Source: Chloroflexota bacterium
Lineage (GTDB): Bacteria; Chloroflexota; Limnocylindria; Limnocylindrales; CSP1-4
Reading direction: 5' to 3'
NCBI GenBank assembly: GCA_040882425.1
Contig: JBBEBJ010000242.1
Coordinates: forward strand, 1-49,840
Length of the DNA stretch: 49,840 bases
Both the position numbers and the translations under genes were made by a program. Shown one piece after another: positions 45,412-49,840 of this stretch; the stretch's first letter is position 1, and each line of letters opens with the position of its first letter. The notes beneath the pieces are model-generated. The model did not search any database and had not been told where the DNA came from. It saw only the letters and a list, made by a program, of their open reading frames with translations.

Positions 45412-46223
45412 GCGGACGCGCCCGCAGGCTCCCGGTTCCGCTCGGGCGCCCAGCGCAGGGCGAGCGCCCGAGTCGCCTGGTCGAGATCGATGTCGGCCGC
45501 GACCACACCGACCAGGCCGTAGGGGAGGCTGGCGACCAGCCGGCCGTCGGGCGCGATGATCCCGCTGATCGAGCCCTGGTCGGGCGCGGCGACATTGGCC
45601 GCCGCGACGTAGACCGTGTTCTCGAGCGCCCGGCACAGGAGCGCCTTCTCGTTATACGGGTTGGACGCGTCGCACCAGCGGTGGGGGAGGGAACCGTCGT
45701 CGGTCGTGACGTAGTGGGGCGCGAAGACGACCTGCGCTCCCCCGACGGCGAGCGACCGGCTGATCTCCGGGTAGCGGAACGCCTCGTGGCACGTGGCAAT
45801 GCCGAAGGTCAGCCCGGCGGCCGCGAACAGCTGGCGACCGCTGCCCGGGACGTAGTCGGGCTCCTCGGTCGGGTCGATCTGCGTCTTGGGCTGGACGCCG
45901 AGTGTCGAGGCGTCGGCATCGAGCACGACCGCGACGATCTCGCGCCCGGCCGGCGTCGGCCGTTCCATGCCGACGATGGCCACGATGCCGGCGGCGCGCG
46001 TCGCGGCGGTGACCTGGGCGAGGGCGTCGTCCAGTGCCGCGTTCGTGTAGTCGGGGACTGCCCGCTTCTGGCTACGGTGGCCGGGGAGGGCGGTCTCGGG
46101 CAGGCAGACGATCCGGGCGCCCAGGCGGGCGGCCTCCTCGATCGTGGCGATCGCGGCCGGGACGGCCTCCTCGAGGGTCGCGGTCAGCGGCGTCGAGGCG
46201 ACGGCGATGCGAACGACGGACAT
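45408..46223 (-). CDS. Carbon-nitrogen hydrolase (nitrilase superfamily)
   Basis: The Glu-Lys-Cys triad context is present: VCLPE, ..KTQIDPTE.., and GIATCHEAFRYPE. ATG 46223 (MSVVRIAV..). Confidence 0.9.
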   Translation of the reverse strand: MSVVRIAVASTPLTATLEEAVPAAIATIEEAARLGARIVCLPETALPGHRSQKRAVPDYTNAALDDALAQVTAATRAAGIVAIVGMERPTPAGREIVAVVLDADASTLGVQPKTQIDPTEEPDYVPGSGRQLFAAAGLTFGIATCHEAFRYPEISRSLAVGGAQVVFAPHYVTTDDGSLPHRWCDASNPYNEKALLCRALENTVYVAAANVAAPDQGSISGIIAPDGRLVASLPYGLVGVVAADIDLDQATRALALRWAPERNREPAGASA

Positions 46224-46573
46224 GGACCCGAGTGTAGCGCCCGGGCTTCCGGGGATCGTGTTGACGAGTAGTCGTGCCAACGGCGGCCGGTGGTTGGCGG
46301 GGCAGGCATTTGACGTGTCACGGAGACGTCAGACCGTTGACTCACGGACTTGCGCCCGGACGCGCGACGGGTGACGCGATACACGTTGATGAAGGATTTC
46401 GAGTCCTTGCCGCCAGGCATCCAATCGCCCACCGTCGCCGGTGAGCGGCCCCGTTGTCACCCGGGACCAGGTGGACACGCTCGTGGGCCTGCCCCGCCGT
46501 GAGGCCCGAGGGGCCTCGCTGGGGCCGGGATCTCGTTCCGGGGCCAGCGAGCGCTCCGCGAACCGGATAGCGG

Positions 46574-46837
46574 CTACTCGATCAGGTCTGTCGTCCAATT
46601 GCGCTGCTGGAGCGCGAGGTCGAGTCGCCGGAGCGTCTCGGAGATCTGGTCGGCTGCATGACGTTCCTCCTTGAGATCGACCGTCGGGAGCTCTCGGACA
46701 TCATCCTTGCTGCGACGAGAACCGAGCCAGCCACGCGCTCGGCCGCCTTTGCCGGAGACCTGCTCGACTGCGTCAACCGCCATCCGGCGCGCCTTCGCTT
46801 CCATCGTGAGACGAGCCCGAAGGGCGATCGCCTCCAT
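46574..46837 (-). CDS. Hypothetical protein (87 aa), possible small DNA-binding/antitoxin-like protein
   Basis: MEAIALRARLTMEAKARRMAVDAVEQVS..DQISETLRRLDLALQQRNW. Third-position G/C is only moderate (about 72% by hand count). No clear RBS and no partner gene. Confidence 0.35.
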   Translation of the reverse strand: MEAIALRARLTMEAKARRMAVDAVEQVSGKGGRARGWLGSRRSKDDVRELPTVDLKEERHAADQISETLRRLDLALQQRNWTTDLIE

Positions 46838-46899
46838 GACGGTCAGCGGCCGACCATCGAATGCGAGGCGCGTCTCGCTGTTCGTTCGCTGGTCCAGCC

Positions 46900-46940
46900 A
46901 CTTCCGATAATGTTAGTTATGTCTGTGATGCATATCTAAC
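46900..46940. promoter_or_regulatory. AT-rich patch with a dif-like 28-mer and an overlapping 10-bp-arm inverted repeat
   Basis: ACTTCCGATAA-TGTTAG-TTATGTCTGTG (46900-46927). The inverted repeat is GTTAGTTATG-N9-CATATCTAAC (46912-46940, 1 mismatch). This is the most AT-rich stretch I noticed in the window. Confidence 0.3.
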
Positions 46941-47114
46941 AAGAAACAGCTATGCCCGGAAGATCGAGCTCAGGAACCGTCCTTCTTTGTCGCGAGGGGC
47001 ATCTGGTTCCTCCGGGTTCGGGCGTGTGTCCGTACACCATCCGTACGCTACCGCTGTCGTGGCGGATGTCAAGCGTTGGACCCCATTGACGCGGAGCACC
47101 GGTAAGCTGCCTCG

Positions 47115-48141
47115 ATGAAGCGCATCGGGTTCCTGTCATTTGGCCACTGGTCGGATTCCCCGTATTCGCATGTTCGCTCGGCGTCCGATGCCCTGCTCCA
47201 GTCGGTGGAGCTGGCCGTGGCGGCCGAAGAGCTCGGCGCAGACGGCGCCTATTTCCGTGTCCACCACTTCGCACGACAGCTCGCGTCCCCGTTCCCGCTG
47301 CTCGCCGCCGTGGGTGCGCGCACTGCGCGGATCGAGATCGGAACGGGCGTCGTCGACATGCGGTACGAGAACCCGTTCTACATGGCGGAGGACGCCGGAG
47401 CGGCCGACGTGATCGCCGGCGGCCGCCTCCAACTCGGGATCAGCCGGGGCTCGCCCGAGCAGGTGATCGATGGATACCGCCACTTCGGGTATCAGCCCGC
47501 CGAAGGTGAGACCTGGGTATGCCGACATGGCCCGTCGCCATACCCAGGTCTTCCTCGAGCTCCTGCGAGGTGAGGGCTTCGCCCAACCGAACCCTCGGCC
47601 GATGTTCCCGAACCCGCCCGGCCTGCTGCGCCTGGAGCCCTGGTCGCCCGGGTTGCGGGATCGGATCTGGTGGGGCGCGGGCTCGAGCGCGACGGCCGTG
47701 TGGACGGCCCAGCAGGGCATGAACCTGATGAGCTCGACGCTCGTATTCGATGAGAGCGGTGAGCCGCTCCACGTCCAGCAGCGCAAGCAGATCGATGCGT
47801 TTCGGGCAGCTTGGGCGGAGGCGGGCCATGCGCGCGAACCGCGGGTTTCTGTCAGCCGCAGCATCTTCGCCATCGTTGACGACCGCGATCGCGCGTATTT
47901 CGGCCGATCACAGCAGGAGCAAGACCAGGTCGGCTACATCGACGAGAACACGAGGGCGGTCTTCGGGCGATCGTTCGCCGCAGAGCCCCACGTGCTCGTC
48001 GAGCAGCTGAAGGAGGACACGGCCATCGCCGCCGCCGACACGCTGCTCCTGACCGTGCCCAACCAGCTCGGCGTGGACTACAACGCGCACGCCATCGAGT
48101 CCATCCTGCGACACGTCGCTCCACCGCTCGGCTGGCGCTAA
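47115..48141 (+). pseudogene. Luciferase-like (LLM class) flavin-dependent oxidoreductase, frame interrupted at 47514-47520
   Basis: Track ORFs 47115-47573 and 47470-48141 together form one LLM protein: MKRIGFLSFGHW..ELGADGAYFRVHHFARQLASPFPLLAAVGART..RLQLGISRGSPEQ..PAEGET, then ADMARRHTQVFLELLRGEGFAQPNPRPMFPNPPG.. The frames are joined across a GGG run. Confidence 0.85.
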
Positions 48142-48170
48142 CGTCCCGCCGTGCAGGATCGGGACCGTCA

Positions 48171-48734
48171 GTGACCAGATACGTAGTGCTCCTGCGCGGC
48201 ATCAACGTTGGCGGCAATAACAAGCTGCCGATGGCGGGTCTGCGGCAGTTCCTGGAGGAGCTGGGCTATTCGGACGTTGTTACCTACATCGCCAGCGGCA
48301 ACGTCATCCTGAGCTCCGACCGTTCATCGGGCGCCATCAAGCGGCAGATCGAAGCCGCGCTCCCCAAGGCCTTCACGCTTGATAGCGAACTCGTCGCCAC
48401 GCTGGTCCTGAGCCGTGCGCAACTTCGAGCCGTCGTCAACCGCAAACCGAAGGGATTTGGCGACCATCCCGAGACGTACCACAGCGACGCCATCTTCCTC
48501 ATTGGGGTCGACGCGGCGACGGCGATGCAGGTCTTCGACCCTCACCCGGAAGTCGACCGCGTCTGGCCGGGTGATGGCGTCATCTACTCGCAGCGTCTGA
48601 GTGCCGAACGGACCAAGAGCCGGCTCAACAAGGCAATCACCACACCGCTCTACAAGTCGATGACGATTCGGAGCTGGGCGACCACGATCGCGCTCCACGT
48701 TTTGCTGGAAGAAACGACTCGCCGGGAGCGGTGA
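48171..48734 (+). CDS. DUF1697-domain protein
   Basis: MTRYVVLLRGINVGGNNKLPMAGLRQFLEELGYSDVVTYIASGNVIL is the characteristic DUF1697 N-terminus. Confidence 0.9.
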   Translation: MTRYVVLLRGINVGGNNKLPMAGLRQFLEELGYSDVVTYIASGNVILSSDRSSGAIKRQIEAALPKAFTLDSELVATLVLSRAQLRAVVNRKPKGFGDHPETYHSDAIFLIGVDAATAMQVFDPHPEVDRVWPGDGVIYSQRLSAERTKSRLNKAITTPLYKSMTIRSWATTIALHVLLEETTRRER

Positions 48735-48819
48735 TCATGCTGCACTACGTTCGGGAGCTAATGCCCGACCCGACGTCTGGTCTTCCGCCACGGCCAGGCG
48801 AGCAGCGGTAGTCGCGAGA

Positions 48820-49260
48820 TCAGGAGCTCGGCGACGTGACGAACGGGTTCTCGATCCGGACGCCCTCGATGACGTGTCCGTGCTGGAAATCCTCGGTCAG
48901 GAGGACATCGGCTCCCGCAATCCGGGCCGTTTCGAGGATCAGGGCATCCCAGAACGAAAGCTGGTGCTCTTCCTCGATCCGCGTCGCGGCGATGATCACG
49001 CCAGGGTCGATCATGACAACCTGCCACGCGGAGTAGATGTCGACGACCTCCCGGGCCTCCGCGCGGGACAGCGGCCGTGGCAGCTTGCGAGTCGCCGTGA
49101 CGTAGAACTCCTGGAGCACCTGGGTGCTCAGGGTCCCGCTCCGTCGGCCCCACAGGTCGCGGAGGGCAGCTCTCGCGACGGGCTGCTTGGCGGTCTCCGT
49201 CGCGTCGTGCGCGTACAAGAGGACGTTGGTGTCGACGAAGGCCCGTTCAGCCGCGACCAT
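48820..49260 (-). CDS. vapC: PIN-domain ribonuclease toxin VapC
   Basis: FVDTNVLLYA (first acidic residue), ..QVLQEFY.., ..SFWDALILETA.. and ..LLTEDF.. form the PIN acidic quartet pattern. ATG 49260 overlaps the antitoxin's 3' end by 14 nt. Confidence 0.9.
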   Translation of the reverse strand: MVAAERAFVDTNVLLYAHDATETAKQPVARAALRDLWGRRSGTLSTQVLQEFYVTATRKLPRPLSRAEAREVVDIYSAWQVVMIDPGVIIAATRIEEEHQLSFWDALILETARIAGADVLLTEDFQHGHVIEGVRIENPFVTSPSS

Positions 49261-49504
49261 GGCGATCCAGGCGCTCGGCGTAGAGATCGTCACGCGTCCA
49301 AGTTCGGCCGCCGCGTGGCTTGGCCTTCGCCATCAGTTCTTCGGCTCGCGCATGCGCCTGTTCGTAGCGGGCGTCCTCGGAGGCGAGCTCGGTCAGTTCG
49401 CGCGCCAACAGGGCGCTGACGGAGGTACCCCGCTTGGCCGCGATCACGCGTGCGCGGCGGATCACCTCCTCGTCCAGCTGGAGTGTCAGGTTCGTCTTTG
49501 CCAT
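49247..49504 (-). CDS. vapB: Ribbon-helix-helix type antitoxin (VapB-like)
   Basis: MAKTNLTLQLDEEVIRRARVIAAKRGTSVSALLARELTEL is an RHH pattern (beta strand followed by two helices). It lies immediately upstream of vapC. GGAG sits about 9 nt upstream of ATG 49504. Confidence 0.8.
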   Translation of the reverse strand: MAKTNLTLQLDEEVIRRARVIAAKRGTSVSALLARELTELASEDARYEQAHARAEELMAKAKPRGGRTWTRDDLYAERLDRHGRG

Positions 49505-49511
49505 CGTGTCG

Positions 49512-49540
49512 GTGGCTCCACAGCAATTGGCGTGGTCCAC
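49512..49540. promoter_or_regulatory. Candidate VapB operator: two GTGG-N1-2-CCAC palindromes
   Basis: GTGGCTCCAC (49512-21) and GTGGTCCAC (49532-40), each followed by AGC. They lie between a minus-strand -10-like TAAGCT (reverse complement of 49541-46) and the vapB start. Confidence 0.35.
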
Positions 49541-49639
49541 AGCTTATCACGTGGTCGCGCCGACCGACCCTCCCGATCCAGAGGTGCCACGTCGCCCCGA
49601 CCGCTTCAGGTCCGCAGGAGATCGCAGTCCGGCGCGGCC

Positions 49640-49840
49640 TCAACCGCGATCTCGCGGAGCCGATCCGCGAACCAGGGCAGCCTCGATCTCGTCCAGATGC
49701 TCGCCACGGTGCTCGCTGCGGCCAGGGTTGATCGGGCTGTCGGGGTCGTGAGGATAGAGCCGGTCAAGCGGTAGCTCCGCGACACGCGTGTCGGTCTGCT
49801 CGGCGATCCGGAGCGCCAGCTCTGCGGCCTCTCTTGGCCG
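49640..49840 (-). CDS. 3' end of an unidentified CDS entering from the right window edge
   Basis: The reverse frame is open from the edge: ..AAELALRIAEQTDTRVAELPLDRLYPHDPDSPINPGRSEHRGEHLDEIEAALVRGSAPRDRG, ending at TGA 49642-49640. About three quarters of third codon positions are G/C. No family was recognised. Confidence 0.3.
   Translation of the reverse strand, partial: RPREAAELALRIAEQTDTRVAELPLDRLYPHDPDSPINPGRSEHRGEHLDEIEAALVRGSAPRDRG

Overview
High-GC bacterial chromosomal segment, densely coding and mostly housekeeping. No rRNA, tRNA, CRISPR array, transposase or integrase was recognised.

Gene content, left to right:
- A truncated amino-acid ABC binding lipoprotein.
- Translation and DNA-repair genes: infC-rpmI-rplT, pheST, a CvpA-like membrane protein, mpg, mutS2, a class-A PBP with a PASTA domain, and tyrS.
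- A tightly overlapped minus-strand histidine operon (yerC-like regulator, then hisG-D-C-B-H-F-IE), with hisA transcribed divergently from it.
- An EF-G-like GTPase, then yebC-ruvC-ruvA, an antisense Rrf2 regulator, ruvB, tgt, a small basic ORF, and recA-recX.
- A frameshifted flavin monooxygenase, rny, a small islet (DUF4242 plus a hypothetical ORF), ymdB, a PHP phosphoesterase and a TerC protein.
- miaB-miaA, then hflX with a coupled unknown ORF.
- An accessory-looking tail: MFS transporter, GNAT, nitrilase-family hydrolase, a frameshifted luciferase-like oxidoreductase, DUF1697 and a VapBC toxin-antitoxin pair.

RNase Y, MutS2 and a YerC-like regulator together in such a GC-rich genome suggest a Chloroflexota/Thermomicrobia-like or deep-branching Actinomycetota lineage. 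That is inference only.

The most unusual signal is non-coding. Two roughly 250-bp intergenic modules (21710-21957 and 32397-32615) carry arrays of TTGC-N7-GCAA palindromes. Their site-to-site spacing is identical but in mirrored order, while the sequence between sites has diverged. Each module is flanked on the same side by a block of direct repeats.

Other points worth a second look:
- a candidate HisR-type operator in the divergent his promoter region;
- likely non-canonical start codons for infC and mpg;
- two homopolymer frameshifts;
- leaderless-type promoter geometry at several genes;
- an AT-rich, dif-like 28-mer.
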